A DNA stretch of 25,548 bases from Candidatus Hydrothermarchaeales archaeon (GTDB taxonomy: Archaea; Hydrothermarchaeota; Hydrothermarchaeia; Hydrothermarchaeales; JAZGAD01), in assembly GCA_036444275.1 (NCBI GenBank), contig JAZGAD010000039.1:1-25548 (forward strand). The letters are read 5' to 3'. The position numbers and the translations under genes are program-made. This document shows positions 25,267-25,548 of the stretch, piece after piece (position 1 is the first letter of the stretch; each line of letters starts with the position of its first letter). The notes below the pieces were generated by a model. It worked only from the letters and a program-made list of their open reading frames with translations. It was not told the origin of the DNA and ran no database searches.

Positions 25267-25548
25267 TCAAGGTGTCTTATATGTTCTAGCGCAGTGCATA
25301 CAGCAGAAGGTCAGCATCTCTCCGTTGATCTCCTCATCATAGCCGCCCTTGTAGACCTCGCAACCGCAGTGAGCGCACTTGGTTAGGTTTTTCTCGATCG
25401 TTGCAGTGACTATATCCCCGAACATTTCGAATTTCTTCTTAACGAATATTACTCCTTTCTCCGTAAGAACATAGACTTTTTTATCCCGGTCTCCAGTCTC
25501 GTCTATCTTGATCAAGCCGTTTTCTTTGAGTTTCATGAGGAAGGGGTA
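25267..25548 (-). CDS. PadR-family regulator with C-terminal TRASH-like metal-binding domain (5' truncated by the window edge)
   Basis: The frame is open to the edge: YPFLMKLKENGLI...RDKKVYVLTEKG, then CAHCGC...FCCMHCA. Confidence 0.82.
   Translation of the reverse strand, partial: YPFLMKLKENGLIKIDETGDRDKKVYVLTEKGVIFVKKKFEMFGDIVTATIEKNLTKCAHCGCEVYKGGYDEEINGEMLTFCCMHCARTYKTP

Noticed and set aside
1-25548. CRISPR array, integrase/transposase, inteins in infB or tfb
   Set aside because: No regularly spaced repeats, no recombinase motifs, and both proteins are of normal length.

Overview
Archaeal chromosomal window. The Kae1 GIEATAEK motif and gene order suggest a euryarchaeal lineage close to Methanomada/Hydrothermarchaeota, but this is inference only. 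It has three parts. (1) dph5-DUF99 and ribL/ribH housekeeping genes, interrupted by an AT-rich ~5.4 kb minus-strand defence island (about 1368-6794). The island is bounded by a perfect 20-bp inverted repeat with a possible 5-bp target duplication and has no transposase or integrase. It encodes a MutT/NUDIX hydrolase, a stand-alone EVE/PUA-like reader protein, a 67-aa protein, an McrB-like GTPase with a ~130-aa B3-like insertion inside its AAA+ domain, and a DUF2357/PD-(D/E)xK McrC-like nuclease. (2) An orphan AbrB antitoxin with a truncated vapC, then the conserved archaeal information-processing superoperon (infB, rps6e, eIF2-gamma, PIN, rpoE1, spt4, DUF359, rps24e, rps27ae, kae1), an intron-containing tRNA-Arg(TCG), PHP, gar1, tfb, RNase P RNA and a SAMP-NcsA pair. 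(3) A metal/thiol accessory cluster: a translationally coupled glucose dehydrogenase / thioredoxin-fold / MerB-like operon, a membrane wHTH protein, a His-rich secreted protein, SHOCT, DUF420, an unannotated 22-aa Cys-rich ORF, YHS, DsbA and a partial PadR-TRASH regulator. All family assignments come from motif recognition by eye, with no database searches.
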